In this document: positions 32,589 through 44,430 of the stretch, piece after piece
How positions within the stretch are numbered: the first letter of the stretch is position 1
How the letters are laid out: each line of letters begins with the position of its first letter
Source: an uncultured Phycisphaerales bacterium
GTDB lineage: Bacteria > Planctomycetota > Phycisphaerae > Tepidisphaerales > Tepidisphaeraceae
NCBI GenBank assembly: GCA_963755915.1
Contig: CAVWLP010000002.1
Location: 3,840,001-3,904,000, forward strand
DNA: 64,000 bases
Direction: 5' to 3'
Notes under the pieces: generated by a model
The model's database searches: none
Told to the model about the DNA's origin: nothing
Seen by the model: the letters and a program-made list of their open reading frames with translations, nothing else
Program-made: the position numbers and the translations under genes

Positions 32589-33467
32589 TCATTCCAGTCC
32601 CAGAAGTCCCAGGGTATCGCGTTCCACGATTCCACGGAGCGCCTCGCGGGGCACCACCGGAAGGTTTGTCCCCTGAGTCAGTTGGTTAATGCTGTAAAGC
32701 GCCTCGATGCATTCGGTGATCTGGGTATACGGAAAATCGCTGCCAAAGAGGAGCTTTTCAATGACTTGCGATTCATACGCCGCCACCAGCGTGTTGTACG
32801 CATGCCACGGCCGCGACAGCAGCCCGCTAACGTCCGCAAATACATGATCGTGCTTGCCCAGCAGGCAAACCGTCTCCTCCAGCCACGGCTGCCCAAGCTG
32901 CGCAAAGACGATCCGAAGCTGCGGAAACGCCCGCGCCACCTCATCGAAAAGGAACGGCCTGGCATATTCCAGCTTGCTCTGCTCCGTGAATTGCCCCACC
33001 GGATGGATCAGGATCGGCATCCCCAGCTTCTCCGCCTCGGCATAAACCCGCATCGCCCGCGAATCGGTCGGATGGAAATCCTGGTTTGCCGGCGAAAGCG
33101 TAATCCCCCGAAGCTGAAGGTGCTCTTTTGCCGCCTTCATTTCATCGATAGCCGACCGCTCGGTCGGGTCAATCCCCGCGAATCCGATCAGCTTCTGCGG
33201 AAACCGATTCACATATTCCGCGACATAGGAATTGGGGATTTCCGCCTGAAGGTATTTGCTCTTGAACCCCAGCACGATGGCCTTATCAACCACCCTGGAT
33301 TGTGCCCAGTGGCTATCCGGGTCCCCAGCCGGCAGGCTGCGCCACGGCGACTTCCCCGAAGGCGTAAACCGCAACGGACGCTTCGACGGGCGCGCCGGGT
33401 CCCCCATGTCGAGCTGCCCAAGCTGCTCGGCCGATTGCCAGATGTGCGTATGACAGTCAACAATCAT
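32589..33467 (-). CDS. Amidohydrolase_2 family metallohydrolase
   Basis: MIVDCHTH, PILIH and LFGSDFP motifs. Confidence 0.9.
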   Translation of the reverse strand: MIVDCHTHIWQSAEQLGQLDMGDPARPSKRPLRFTPSGKSPWRSLPAGDPDSHWAQSRVVDKAIVLGFKSKYLQAEIPNSYVAEYVNRFPQKLIGFAGIDPTERSAIDEMKAAKEHLQLRGITLSPANQDFHPTDSRAMRVYAEAEKLGMPILIHPVGQFTEQSKLEYARPFLFDEVARAFPQLRIVFAQLGQPWLEETVCLLGKHDHVFADVSGLLSRPWHAYNTLVAAYESQVIEKLLFGSDFPYTQITECIEALYSINQLTQGTNLPVVPREALRGIVERDTLGLLGLE

Positions 33468-33756
33468 GCGTGCCTGCGATCATCCCTGTCAGCAGTCCGC
33501 CTAGTCTAAATTGACCTGCATGGGCCGTCAAAGGCGTAAATTATCCTGCCTGATGCAATACGCCGCCGAGAAGCCCAGGCGCATACGTGATTAATCGGAT
33601 ATTGCGGGCCAAAATCTAAAGCAAAAGTGACGTAAGTTATTTGATATCAGGGGCCTATACCCGACCCAGATTCCCATCGTGCAAAAAAAAAGCCCCCGCA
33701 TGGCGATGCGGGGGCCCTCATCTAAGGGATTTGGTAACAACACTTTCTTCAAATGT

Positions 33757-34896
33757 TCAATGTTTCTTCTCGTCAGAGCCGTCGGACCCCTGGGATCCGC
33801 CGGAATGCGCCGATTTCTGCTCGGGCTGCGGGTGTGGCCCCGGCTGGCCATGCGCCGCCGGCGGGGCGGCGTGCACCACGTCCGGCCGGGCGTTGCCATG
33901 TTCCGGCAACTGCCCCTGCCCTCGCAGATTGCGCACTTCCTCGCGATGGGCAGCTTCAACAGGATGCCACTGGCTGCGTGCCACTTCCGCCCGGAAGGCA
34001 AAATGGTCCACGTGCGGAGCGGGTCCCCAGCGGGCATCGCGTCCCCACGGATGGTAATAGGCCGGGGGGACCCAGTAGGGATCGCGCCGCCAGCCGTAGG
34101 GGCCGTGAATCCAACCACCGTGCCAATCGCCGTAAAAGATGTAGTGATTGTCCCAGTCGAACCCGTGGACGAGCCACGCACCCGCCACAAAGCGTACACC
34201 GAAGGTGATTGCATACGGCCCCTGATAGACAAGGACCGGATCGTAGGCGGGGACGTAGATCACATCGGGATCGGTTGGGATGATGTAAATGACCGGGTCG
34301 CCAACAACCACAACGCGCTGCTCGGGAGTATCATGCAGGCTTCCATCGGCGTAGGCCTGGGCCCGGAGATCCTGAATCGACGCCATCACGTCGGGCTGCT
34401 CATTGGCAATGGCCGATCCCAGCGACTGCGTCCAATCCATCTGGCTCGCCATGTAGCTCAGCACCGTCGGATAATGGCAAAGTGCCTGCACGGTCGGATC
34501 CCACGGCTGGGCGGCGATTTCCCCTTCGCTGGGGTCAGGGTAAGTCGCCAGCCACTGAGCAGCCGCTTGAATCTGATCCGGATACGTGGAAGCCGGCAAA
34601 ATATCCGCCAGCAGCGGGTCCGGATAAAGTGCGATCGGCGCCACCAGACGCTGCAGGTCATCGTTGCTTGAAACTGCCACCGGCGCCGGAGGCGGCGCTT
34701 GCTCATAAACCACCGTCGGCGGCGGAGGCGGGGGCGCATAATAAACCGGCGGCGGAGGCGCCACATATATGTCCGGCCGGAACGTCACAAAACCAGGCCC
34801 CGCCCTAACAACGCAGCCGGCAAGCGCTGCAATCGCGACAATGCCAACTGTGTTTCGAAGCCAATTCACAAACTTTACGGTGCTCCCTGAACTCAT
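33757..34896 (-). CDS. DUF3300 domain lipoprotein
   Basis: LVAPIALYPDPLL..IL.ASTYP, WDP.V, WT..LG.A and IYVP.YDP motifs. Confidence 0.85.
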   Translation of the reverse strand: MSSGSTVKFVNWLRNTVGIVAIAALAGCVVRAGPGFVTFRPDIYVAPPPPVYYAPPPPPPTVVYEQAPPPAPVAVSSNDDLQRLVAPIALYPDPLLADILPASTYPDQIQAAAQWLATYPDPSEGEIAAQPWDPTVQALCHYPTVLSYMASQMDWTQSLGSAIANEQPDVMASIQDLRAQAYADGSLHDTPEQRVVVVGDPVIYIIPTDPDVIYVPAYDPVLVYQGPYAITFGVRFVAGAWLVHGFDWDNHYIFYGDWHGGWIHGPYGWRRDPYWVPPAYYHPWGRDARWGPAPHVDHFAFRAEVARSQWHPVEAAHREEVRNLRGQGQLPEHGNARPDVVHAAPPAAHGQPGPHPQPEQKSAHSGGSQGSDGSDEKKH

Positions 34897-35094
34897 GCGA
34901 ACTTCCTTTTCTTTTAGAAATTATTTTTCCCCAAATGGAACTTCTCAGGCGGTCAGATCGACCATTGATAGATACGCGTCATCTTAGGCTCCGTTCCCTT
35001 TATATTCAGCGCACATTATTGGAAGCGTGGCAACAATTCGCAGGTTGACGTTAACTCCATCGCGGGCTACTGTTTGGTTCTGAAGGAGACCACC

Positions 35095-35711
35095 ATGCCA
35101 TTTACGCTTCCACCGCTTCCATTTCCATCAGACGCTCTTGAACCTCATATCGACAAGATGACGATGGAAATCCACCACGGCAAGCACCACGCTGCTTACG
35201 TGAACAACCTGAACAAAGCCCTCGAAGGCGCCCCCAAATTGCCAACAAGTCGCTAGAGGAACTCCTGGCGTCAAACCTCGCCATCGTCCCCGAAAACATA
35301 AAAACCCCCGTCCGCAACAACGCCGGCGGCCACCACAATCACTCCCTCTTCTGGCAGATTTTGAATCCCGCAGGCAAGCCCGGCGCGACCCCCGTCGGCC
35401 AACTCGGCACCGCCATCAGCAACGCCTTCGGCTCCTTCGACGGCTTCAAGGAAAAATTCACCGCCGCCGCCACCGGCCGCTTCGGCTCCGGCTGGGCCTG
35501 GCTCGTCAACAAGGGCGGAAAAATCGAAATCATCTCCACCGCCAACCAGGACAGCCCCGTGATGGAAGGTGCCTTCCCGATCATCGGCCTGGACGTCTGG
35601 GAGCATGCCTACTACCTCAAATACCAAAACCGCCGCCCCGACTACATCACCGCCTGGTGGAACGTCATCAACTGGAAAGTCGCGGATGAACGCTTCGCGA
35701 AGGGGAAATAG
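35095..35711 (+). CDS. sodA: Superoxide dismutase, Mn/Fe (probably Mn); frameshift ~35240
   Basis: [23 protein letters not shown] and DVWEHAYY motifs. Confidence 0.9.
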
Positions 35712-35717
35712 CCAGCT

Positions 35718-38588
35718 TCAATCATTCGCATGCCAGGGTGTACTAAACCCCGCCTGCCCCGAGGGGAGGAAGTTCACGCTGAACCCGTTGATATTATTAA
35801 TCCCGTCGTGATAAACCGCGACCGACAGCGCAAACACATCAAACCTCCGGGTCACCGAAAGATAGGTAATCTCCGCCCGCGTTTGCCCGATATCCACCGC
35901 CTCCTCCAGCGCCAGCGAGTATTTCGTGGATAGATTATACGTCGCGTTAAAACTGATGACCTGCGACTCCAGCGCCTGGATATATGCATCGCCGAAGTAA
36001 TAGCTGAGCCGCGCCCCGCGATTGACGGCTATACCCGCTTCCGCGATCGCCGTCTCATGCGTATCGAGGTTCCACTGCCAGTCTGAGATGAAAGCCGTAT
36101 CGTCCCCAATATGCCAGGTGAGATCCGCATTAATCGCCTGCCGCGCCACCGATGTCTGCGGCTCCGACGGAAAAAACAGCCCGCGGAAGCTCACGGGATT
36201 CAGCAAATCCTGCGGCGGCGCGTGCGGATAAAAATCCCCCTCGATATCAAAATCCAGAAAATCCACGCTCTCCCACCGCCCCGGCCCCCCGCGCATCGTG
36301 TCCCAGTGCTGATGAATCGCCACCTGTGCCGCCGTGATGTCGCTGATGCTGTCGATGTTGGAATCGAAGTCGTACAGCTTCTGCGCGTCCACCGTCGTCC
36401 CCGATGTGAAAACATTGATCTCCGGCTGAATCACGTGCCGAATCCGATGCAGGTTCAGCAAATCTGAATCAATCGAATCATCCACGTCCCAGAACGTCGT
36501 CGTCGCCCGCACTCCCGGCCCGCCATAAAATCGCGTCTGCCCATCTCCGCCCGGACTGTTCGAATATGTCGTCAGCTCCCCCATCAGGTACGGAACCAAT
36601 TTGATCTGCCCCAGCGCAATCGGCCAATCCACTTCATCCCGTGTATCCCCCCGAAAAATCAGATCCCCCGTAAATCCCGTCAGCCCATTCGATGGCAATC
36701 CAGGCGACAACCCCGGATAAAATCCCTGATCCTCGAGCGAAAACTGGTTCCGATCGAACTTCAGCCCCGACCCAGTATTCGCGCTGAAAAACGTCAACTG
36801 ATCGTCCGCGAAACTGTCCCCAATCCGCTGATAAGAAATCTCCGGCAGCCGCGCCACGTCAAACTGATCCGGCTGCCGATCCGCGTTCGTCGTGAAATTC
36901 GTCGTGTCCGTCTGCACCAGAAACGACAGCACTTCCGTATCCCTCTGCCGCTTGGCGTAAAATTCCGCGTCATACGGCAGCGCGTTATCGAACGTGTTCT
37001 GGTAATACTCCTCCAGGTAAGTCGGATCCGAAACATATCCCAGCCGCACCTGCACCTGCCAGTCATCCGGGAAAAACTGCTGGTGCTGCCAGAGGAAAAA
37101 ACCGCGCTCTTCGGTAGGGGGGTCCACATTCAATCGAATCCCGCCAAGCTGATCCTGCCCATGATCGCTGATGAAGAACGACTGAAAATCCCCCTGAAAA
37201 TCCCAGGGCTGATCCGCGTCGGTGATGAACCCGCCCTTATACGTCGCATTCAATCCAATCCCCGGCCCGCGCTCAGAATAAAAATCGATCGGAATATCAA
37301 TACTCAAATCCTTCGGCGGCGTCTGTCCCAGCAACTGAAACAGCCCCCAGTCCGTCGTCACCCCGAACCCATACCGGCTCGAATTCCCCGCCGAAAAGTT
37401 CAACAGCGGCAGCGGATTGGTGTTATACACCCCCGACAACGCCGGCCAGTAAAACATCGGCACGCCGAAAATATGTATCGTGTCATTGTGGGTGACCACA
37501 TCGTAATTCGCCAAATCCTGCGGCTGCTGATGAATGTACGCATACCCAGCCCGAATGCTGAACGTCGGCACCGCAAACTGGCTGGTCGTAAATTCCGCGT
37601 TCCGCGCCGAAAATTCCGCGTGCGATATCTGCTGCATCGTCTGCGCCCGAACGATGAAGGGAATCTGCGTATCCGGGTCCACGCTGTGAAAAACAACGTT
37701 CGTCAGCACCGCCTTCTGCGTCCGAAAATCGTAATAAACCCGATCCGCCACCAGCCGCTGCTCCGGCGCTTTCGCCTTCGCCGGCACATAATCAATCCGC
37801 ACGTCCCCCTCCAAATACGCCGCCGTGATCGCGTTATGGATATCCGTCGGCTGCGTCGTCGGAGCATCCGCCCGCTCATTGGTGAAGACCACCACGTTAT
37901 CAGCCAGCAGCTCCACATAGTCCCCATTGCTCGCCGACTGCGTGATGCTCACCGCCCCGCTGAGCTGCAGCGCCTTGGTCCCATCCGGCGCAATCGTCGA
38001 CTCCGTCAGCTTCGCCGAAAAGTAAACCGGTCCGCCCTTTCCCATCCCCGGCTCCGGAATCCCCGATGCATTCGTCCCCCCGATGGCCGCCGGCAGCGAG
38101 GGCATCGTCGCCGTCAGCGGCGCCGCTTCGTCCATCATCTCGCTGGCACGCCGAATACTCAGCGCCTGCGCATAAATCGCTGACTTGGAAAAATCCTCGC
38201 ACGGCTTCACATCCGCCGTCAACTGAATCTTCCCCCGCACCACGGTATTGATCAGCAGCTTCGGCCCCGTGCGCAGCAGATGGTCTTCCTTCGCCGTCAG
38301 CTTCGCATGCCCCAGCAGAACGATATCGACCTGCTGTTCCCCCAGCACCCCGCGCGGATCTGGGGTCAGCCAGATTACCGCGTTATCCGCCCAGCACTGC
38401 TGTCCATCGAGCACAATCGCGACTTTCCCCCTCACCTCGATGATGCTCACCTGTTGATCCGACCCAATCGAAGCTTCATCCCCGTGAACGATCAGCTTCT
38501 CACTAAACGCAGAAATCTGCCCCCAGACAGGCGCCGCACCGCAGATCAAAACAAGTGAAAAAATCCCCCAGCCCAAGCCGGCACTCAC
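35718..38588 (-). CDS. lptD: LptD/OstA-like LPS assembly outer membrane protein
   Basis: 956 aa; OstA-like N-terminus (ADRVYYDF), VPMFYWP, YVSDPTYLEEYY, RLPEI and RHVIQPE motifs; beta-barrel C-terminus. Confidence 0.7.
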   Translation of the reverse strand: MSAGLGWGIFSLVLICGAAPVWGQISAFSEKLIVHGDEASIGSDQQVSIIEVRGKVAIVLDGQQCWADNAVIWLTPDPRGVLGEQQVDIVLLGHAKLTAKEDHLLRTGPKLLINTVVRGKIQLTADVKPCEDFSKSAIYAQALSIRRASEMMDEAAPLTATMPSLPAAIGGTNASGIPEPGMGKGGPVYFSAKLTESTIAPDGTKALQLSGAVSITQSASNGDYVELLADNVVVFTNERADAPTTQPTDIHNAITAAYLEGDVRIDYVPAKAKAPEQRLVADRVYYDFRTQKAVLTNVVFHSVDPDTQIPFIVRAQTMQQISHAEFSARNAEFTTSQFAVPTFSIRAGYAYIHQQPQDLANYDVVTHNDTIHIFGVPMFYWPALSGVYNTNPLPLLNFSAGNSSRYGFGVTTDWGLFQLLGQTPPKDLSIDIPIDFYSERGPGIGLNATYKGGFITDADQPWDFQGDFQSFFISDHGQDQLGGIRLNVDPPTEERGFFLWQHQQFFPDDWQVQVRLGYVSDPTYLEEYYQNTFDNALPYDAEFYAKRQRDTEVLSFLVQTDTTNFTTNADRQPDQFDVARLPEISYQRIGDSFADDQLTFFSANTGSGLKFDRNQFSLEDQGFYPGLSPGLPSNGLTGFTGDLIFRGDTRDEVDWPIALGQIKLVPYLMGELTTYSNSPGGDGQTRFYGGPGVRATTTFWDVDDSIDSDLLNLHRIRHVIQPEINVFTSGTTVDAQKLYDFDSNIDSISDITAAQVAIHQHWDTMRGGPGRWESVDFLDFDIEGDFYPHAPPQDLLNPVSFRGLFFPSEPQTSVARQAINADLTWHIGDDTAFISDWQWNLDTHETAIAEAGIAVNRGARLSYYFGDAYIQALESQVISFNATYNLSTKYSLALEEAVDIGQTRAEITYLSVTRRFDVFALSVAVYHDGINNINGFSVNFLPSGQAGFSTPWHAND

Positions 38589-38707
38589 CCTGGAGGTGAG
38601 GCGTTGCGAGATCGCGCTGACAGGCTCCTTCCCGATACGGCCACCATCCCAAAAGCGGTCGGCGGCATTATAGAAGTGGGCTCGGGTCCGTCAAAGCAGG
38701 AAGCGTC

Positions 38708-38847
38708 GAAAACCACAAACCAGAAACCAGAAATCCGAAATCAGAATCAAACCAGAATGACCGAATGACGAAGGCCCATTGGGTGCAATTCGTCATTCGG
38801 TCATTCGGATTTGATTCAGATTTCTGGTTTCGGAATTCGGATTTCGA
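38708..38847. repeat. Palindromic heptamer-repeat element
   Basis: AAACCAG/AATCCGA/AATGACCG tandem units mirrored by TTCGTCA/TTTCTGG units. Confidence 0.7.
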
Positions 38848-38850
38848 CTA

Positions 38851-39273
38851 CTACGCTCCCGAAGCCGCCAACTCCGTCTTCCCCGTCGTCTCTCCCGCGC
38901 CCCCCTCGGCCTCTTCCTTCTTCCCCTTGCGCTTCTCCGTAAGCCGCGTCGCCTTGCCCACGCGATCGCGCAGGTAAAACAGTTTTGCCCGACGCGCCTC
39001 GCCGCTGCGCTTCACCGTCACCCGCGAGATGAACGGCGAATGGAGCGGGAATATGCGTTCCACGCCCTCATTATTCACGATTCGCCTCACCGTAAATGTC
39101 TCGTTGATCCCCGACCCCTTCTTCATGATCACCACCCCGGTGAACACCTGCACGCGCTCTTTTTCACCCTCGATGATTCTCGTAGCCACATCCACGGTGT
39201 CTCCCACCGCGAACTGCGGAACTTCCTTCTTCAAATGAGGCTGCTCGACATGCTGAATAAGTTTGTTGGTCAT
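38851..39273 (-). CDS. rplS: 50S ribosomal protein L19
   Basis: GDTV.V...I.EG.KER.Q.F.G, TFTVR, GVER.FP.HSP and RRAKLFYLR motifs. Confidence 0.97.
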   Translation of the reverse strand: MTNKLIQHVEQPHLKKEVPQFAVGDTVDVATRIIEGEKERVQVFTGVVIMKKGSGINETFTVRRIVNNEGVERIFPLHSPFISRVTVKRSGEARRAKLFYLRDRVGKATRLTEKRKGKKEEAEGGAGETTGKTELAASGA

Positions 39274-39318
39274 GACCCTGCTCCGATCGACCGCTGCGAG
39301 GCGGGAAACACATTGTAA

Positions 39319-40035
39319 TCACTTATCGGCTTCCTCGCCTGAATCTTTGGCTAAAAACCGGTGCCAAAGGTCCAAACGTCTCAGCCGCGTCCGCTCTTTT
39401 CTCTGCTCAAGCCGCCACCGGGCGATCTCGGCATGATTGCCACTTAGCAAAATCTCCGGCACCCCCATTCCCCGGAACTCCCGGGGACGGGTGTACTGCG
39501 GATACTCCAGTAATCCATCGGCGAACGACTCATCGGCCGCCCCTTCTTCGGCCCCCAGTGCGCCCGGCAACAGCCGAACCACCGCGTCCACCACTATCAT
39601 CGCGGCCAATTCTCCGCCGCTCAATATGTAATCGCCGATGCTCAATTCCATCGGCTTCAATCCTTCCGATATCCTTTCATCAAACCCTTCATAATGCCCC
39701 GCGATCAGCAGCAATCGATCCTTCGCGGCCAATTCCTCGGCCACCGTTTGATCGAACTTCCTTCCTTGCGGGGTAAGCAGGACTCGAACCGGCGTAGCCG
39801 CGTCCTGTCGCTCAACCGCTTCGACTGCGTCGAACAGGGTCTGGCACATCATGACCATCCCCGGGCCGCCGCCGAATGGTTTGTCATCCACCGATTTGTG
39901 CGCATCTGTCGCAAAATCGCGGATGTTCGTCAGATGATAGCTGACCAATCCTTTCTCAGCGGCTCGTTTGGGAATCGAGGTTCCCAGCACCGCCTCAAAC
40001 ATTTCCGGAAACAGCGTGAGAATGTCAATCCGCAC
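39319..40035 (-). CDS. trmD: tRNA (guanine37-N1)-methyltransferase
   Basis: [40 protein letters not shown] and YPQYTRP motifs. Confidence 0.97.
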   Translation of the reverse strand: MRIDILTLFPEMFEAVLGTSIPKRAAEKGLVSYHLTNIRDFATDAHKSVDDKPFGGGPGMVMMCQTLFDAVEAVERQDAATPVRVLLTPQGRKFDQTVAEELAAKDRLLLIAGHYEGFDERISEGLKPMELSIGDYILSGGELAAMIVVDAVVRLLPGALGAEEGAADESFADGLLEYPQYTRPREFRGMGVPEILLSGNHAEIARWRLEQRKERTRLRRLDLWHRFLAKDSGEEADK

Positions 40036-40071
40036 GACACCACCACGCGAAACCTTGTCGCCAGACCAAAA

Positions 40072-40458
40072 CTATTTAGCTTCCGCCTCTTTCTTCTCTG
40101 CCGCAGGCTTGGCCTCTCCCTCAGCCTTCGGCGCCGCCTTCTTCTCCCCCTCCTTCGCCTCCACAGCCACAGGCTTTGGCTTCCCAGGCCTCGGCAGCCG
40201 AAGCTGCTTATGATCCACGCCGCTCTTCTTCAAGAGGGATGAAACCGTCTCGGAAGGAATCGCCCCGATATCGAGCCAGTGCTTGCACCGATCGAGCTTG
40301 GCCACAAACTGCTTGGCCTGCTCCTTCTCGCGCGGATCATAGAACCCCAGCTCTTCAATCACGCGTCCATTGCGCGGCGACCGCGAGTCGATCGCGCTCA
40401 GCCGAAAAAACGCCCGGTTGCTCCGTCCCATTCGCTTAAGTCTTAGCTTCACTGACAT
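40072..40458 (-). CDS. rpsP: 30S ribosomal protein S16
   Basis: VKLRLKRMG, DSRSPRNGRVIEELGFYDP and GAIPSETV motifs. Confidence 0.97.
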   Translation of the reverse strand: MSVKLRLKRMGRSNRAFFRLSAIDSRSPRNGRVIEELGFYDPREKEQAKQFVAKLDRCKHWLDIGAIPSETVSSLLKKSGVDHKQLRLPRPGKPKPVAVEAKEGEKKAAPKAEGEAKPAAEKKEAEAK

Positions 40459-41058
40459 TTACAATCTCCGATTTCACGTAATTTTATGCGAATTGGTGAG
40501 TATAGCAATTCGCTCGCTCCCCGCAAGTTGCCCGCCGCACGCCCCAAAGCCCAAAAACCACGATTGAACCGCAACCTCGTTTATCAAATCCTTTGCATTC
40601 TCTCACCCCCGCAAAAAAACCGCGCGGATTTTTTCAAAAATAGGTCCAAAACGTTCACCTTTTGGACCTGTATATAGACGAGTACTATTTTTTCCCTGCG
40701 CCTCTTCGAATTCGGCATTTGGCAATCGGCAATCTTCACCGCGCCAACCAATCGCGGGTAAGACCACCAAACCCCCATTTCCTCAAAAAGTGGGGAATTT
40801 TGGGGAATTCTGGGGAATCGATTCTCTGCACATGCAGCCAGAAGGGAGAAAAATAGAGAAAAGAAATTCACGACAAAAAGCCGGTCAAAACCGGGCATTT
40901 TCGGACATCCGCCTCACGGCGATCTCCCCCGATCGAAATCGCCAGACATCGACGCACCCGTTTAGCCGCAACCCCGCAGGGGTGCGCTTTCCAGGACGGG
41001 TGAATTGCGCCGCCCGCTTCATAAGCCGCCGATTATTGCATATCATTCTTACACTAAA

Positions 41059-42532
41059 ATGTTCGACGCCCTAACCGACAAATTCTCCGGTGTATTCCGA
41101 TCCCTCTCAGGCCGCGGCCGCATCAGCGAAGAAAACATCCGCGAGTCCATGAACGACGTCCGCACCGCCCTCCTCGAGGCCGACGTCAATCTCAAGGTCG
41201 TCAACGATTTCACCGAGCACGTCGTCCAGAAAGCCATCGGCCAGGAGGTCATCAAGAGCCTCCAGCCCGGCGAGCTGATGGTCAAAATCTGCTACGACGA
41301 GCTCCTGAACCTCCTTGGCCCGGTCGACACCCGGATTTATTTCGTCCACCCCGGCCCCACCGTCCTGATGATGTGCGGCCTGCAGGGCTCCGGCAAAACC
41401 ACCACCTGCGGCAAGCTCGCTAAATTCCTGCTCTCGCAAGGCCATCATCCGCTGATGGCCGCCGCCGACCTCCAGCGTCCCGCCGCCGTCGAGCAGCTTC
41501 GCGTCATCGGCGAGCAGGTCGGTGTCCCCGTCTATATGGATGACTCAAAAGTCGCGCCCCACGGCCAAGTCGTGCGCGGCGCGGCCGTCGCTGTCTGTCG
41601 CGCCGCCATCAACCAGGCCAAATCCGGCGGCAACGATGTCATCATCCTCGACACCGCCGGCCGCCTCCATATCGACGACGAGCTCATGGGCGAGCTCCGC
41701 GAGATCAACTCCCAGCTCCAGCCCCACCAGATCTATCTCGTCCTCGACTCCATGAGCGGCCAGGACGCCGTCAATCAGCGCCAAAGCCTTCAACGACCAG
41801 CTGGAACTCGACGGCCTCATCCTCACGAAACTCGACAGCGACACCCGCGGCGGCGCGCTCCTCTCCGCCAAGATGGTCACCGGCAAACCCGTCAAATTCC
41901 TCGGCGTCGGTGAAAAGCTCGAAGCCCTCGAAGAATTCCGCCCCGAAGGAATGGCCTCCCGCATCCTCGGCATGGGCGACATCATCGGTCTCGTCACCGA
42001 AGCCCAGAAGCAGTTCGACATGGAGGAAGCCGCCAAGCTCCAGCAGAAAATGGAGAAGGGCACCTTCACCCTCGACGACTTCATGGCCCAGATGAGCCAG
42101 ATCAAAAAGCTCGGCTCCATCGGCAAGGTCATGGGCATGATCCCGGGCATGAGCAACCTCACCAAGTCCGTCAACATGAACGACTCTGACGTCGAGCGCC
42201 AGATGTCGCACATGCGGGCCATCTACGATTCCATGACCCGCGAAGAGCGCCGCAAGCCCGACATCATCGAGCACGCCCGCCGCCGCAGAATCTCCGCCGG
42301 CGCCGGCGTCGCCGTCCCGGAGGTGAACCAGTTCATCAAGCAATTCGAAGGCGCCCGCGACATGATGCGCGCCATTGGGGGTCAGGGCCTCATGGGTAAA
42401 ATGAAGTTCATGCAATCGGTGATGTCGGGTGGATTATCCAATCTGGGAATGCCGGGCGGCCCCATGCTCCGCACCAAAAAATCCGGGTTTATGGAGAAGA
42501 AGGATCGGAACAAGAAGAAAAAGCGGAGGTAG
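41059..42532 (+). CDS. ffh: Signal recognition particle protein Ffh (1-nt frameshift ~41776)
   Basis: ALLEADV, GLQGSGKTT, DTAGR, TKLD..RGG, RILGMGD and RRRRISAGAG motifs. Confidence 0.95.
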
Positions 42533-42580
42533 CCTGATTCCTTCGGGAAGGGTTGGCGCAAATTGGGGCTGCCCGGGAAT

Positions 42581-42841
42581 TCACTCCGGGGGAGACAAAG
42601 GTACCTCTGCGGTTATTTCGCCTTGTTGATGCATCCAAACGATCACTTCAGGATCAACCCAAGCGTCCTTTACGTTCTCAATGGCATCGGCCATTGCTCG
42701 GAGAACGTTCGCAAACGCTCGGTTGTAGGTTTGGGGATTGGCACCGACGTAGCCTTCATATTTCTGTCGAAGAAGAATGATCGCATCGGTGCGCTTTGTG
42801 CGTCGTACGTTTGGTTTTTGTGGCTTGAACATGCGCCGCAA
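42581..42841 (-). CDS. Small hypothetical protein
   Basis: Low-GC ORF only. Confidence 0.3.
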   Translation of the reverse strand: MRRMFKPQKPNVRRTKRTDAIILLRQKYEGYVGANPQTYNRAFANVLRAMADAIENVKDAWVDPEVIVWMHQQGEITAEVPLSPPE

Positions 42842-43046
42842 TTATATTGTTTAATCGCTGGTTCCCACAATGCTCCCAAGCTTGAAGTGACGTGAGAAAG
42901 GAGGCATTGCTGATCAATTGCTTCGCCAGTCAGTTGTCCGCCCGGTTGAGCCCGAAAAACTCAACGGCGGATTTATCGCCCCGGATTCCTATTTCAACCG
43001 CCCCGCCGGCAACCGCTGAAGCCGCTGGTTCTGCGGCGCGTTTTTT

Positions 43047-43086
43047 CCCCCGCCCCCGGTACTCCGGGGGAGGGTTGGGGAGGGGG
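43047..43086. repeat. REP-like palindrome (SPGTPGEG family)
   Basis: CCCCCGCCCCCGGTACTCCGGGGGAGGGTTGGGGAGGGGG. Confidence 0.7.
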
Positions 43087-43210
43087 TTTCTCGTGACTGT
43101 CAAAAAAATCCCGTTTGTCCAACTCACGGCGGCGGCGAGAAATATGCTCCGGTAGTCGGAAGCTCGCTTAGGCGCTCCCGCGCCTTCGATCAACCCCGCC
43201 GCGTCATCCA

Positions 43211-44430
43211 TCAGGCTGAAAATCGCTGCTGGTCCACATCGCTTTGCGGATCATTCCAGCTCGCCGACATCGCATAATGCTTCCCGCTTCGGCTGTGCAG
43301 CAGCCAGGTCATACTCACCACGCCAGGCTCCGATCCGCCCTTGTATCCCACATAGGGAAATCCATCCGCGGAGAAATCGAGCCCCGGATTTACCGCCAGA
43401 ATCCCCAGCACCGTGGAATCGCGATGATCGTCGAACCATTTCATAATCCTGCAAAGATCCGCCGCGCTGGCGAACCATTCCACCGTATCGATGGCATTGG
43501 GCACATCGGTGGCAAACTGTTCGACCGAAGGCGCCGGTCGCGTCGCCGCTTCTTCCAGCACCTTCCGGCGCCCCGCGACATCGCCCGAAAGATATTTCCG
43601 CTGCAAATCCCGATCCGCCTTCAACTGGACAAGCTCCCTCGTGCTGAGAAATGGAATGTTTCGCGAAGGATCCTTCATCCCCACGCGCCCCAGCATTTGC
43701 TCCACCCGCTCGCGGCCCACCAGCGCCAGCACATGGTCCGCCGCCGTATTGTCGCTCTGGGAAATCATCTCCGTCGCCAGCGTTTCAACGGTAACGGGCG
43801 ATCCCGCCGGCCAGTTTCTCATCTCTCCCGATGGCAGAGATTTAAATCGATCTTCGATCCGCACCACCCGATCCCACGGAATCTTTTCATCAGCCAGCGT
43901 CGCCAGCACATAAAGCTTGAACGCTGACCCGATCGCCAGAACCTTGTCCGGATCTTTCGACGCCAATATCTTCCCGTCGTCCAGCCGCTCGACGAGAAAA
44001 TTCGCACCGCCCGGCAATTGCCCGATGGCGGCCGCAACGTCGTCCAGCGACCGCATCCGCGCCGTCGCCGGCGAGAAGAACAAACGAACGACTCGGTCGC
44101 CCGGCGGTTGCTCGATGCCCAGCGAAACCGGAATCACCACGTCCTTGAAAACGAAATTGAAATTTCCGTTCCGATATCCGCGCGTTCGCATCGCGACCGA
44201 AGCACCGGCCCGTATTGCGCCCGCATCGAAGTATAAAGCAGCGCCAACCGCGCTTGCGGCACATCGCTTAAGAACGCAGGAGTGTAAATGTCGCCGGAAA
44301 GTTTGGATGGGTCCGAGATTTGATCTGCGATTCTCTGTGTCGCGGTGGTCAGATCATCCGCGCGAGCCGAGGCGCACATAATCATCACCAGAATTGCAGC
44401 GATTCGTGAAAGCCTGGCGGCTAATTCCAC
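43211..44430 (-). CDS. Class A beta-lactamase-like serine hydrolase (LpqF-like), frameshift ~44200
   Basis: GSAFKLY (SxxK), SDN and YKGGSEPGV motifs; signal peptide in the upstream frame. Confidence 0.8.

Noticed and set aside
40459-41058. SRP RNA next to ffh
   Set aside because: No CAGG...GGAA..AGCAG helix-8 motif found
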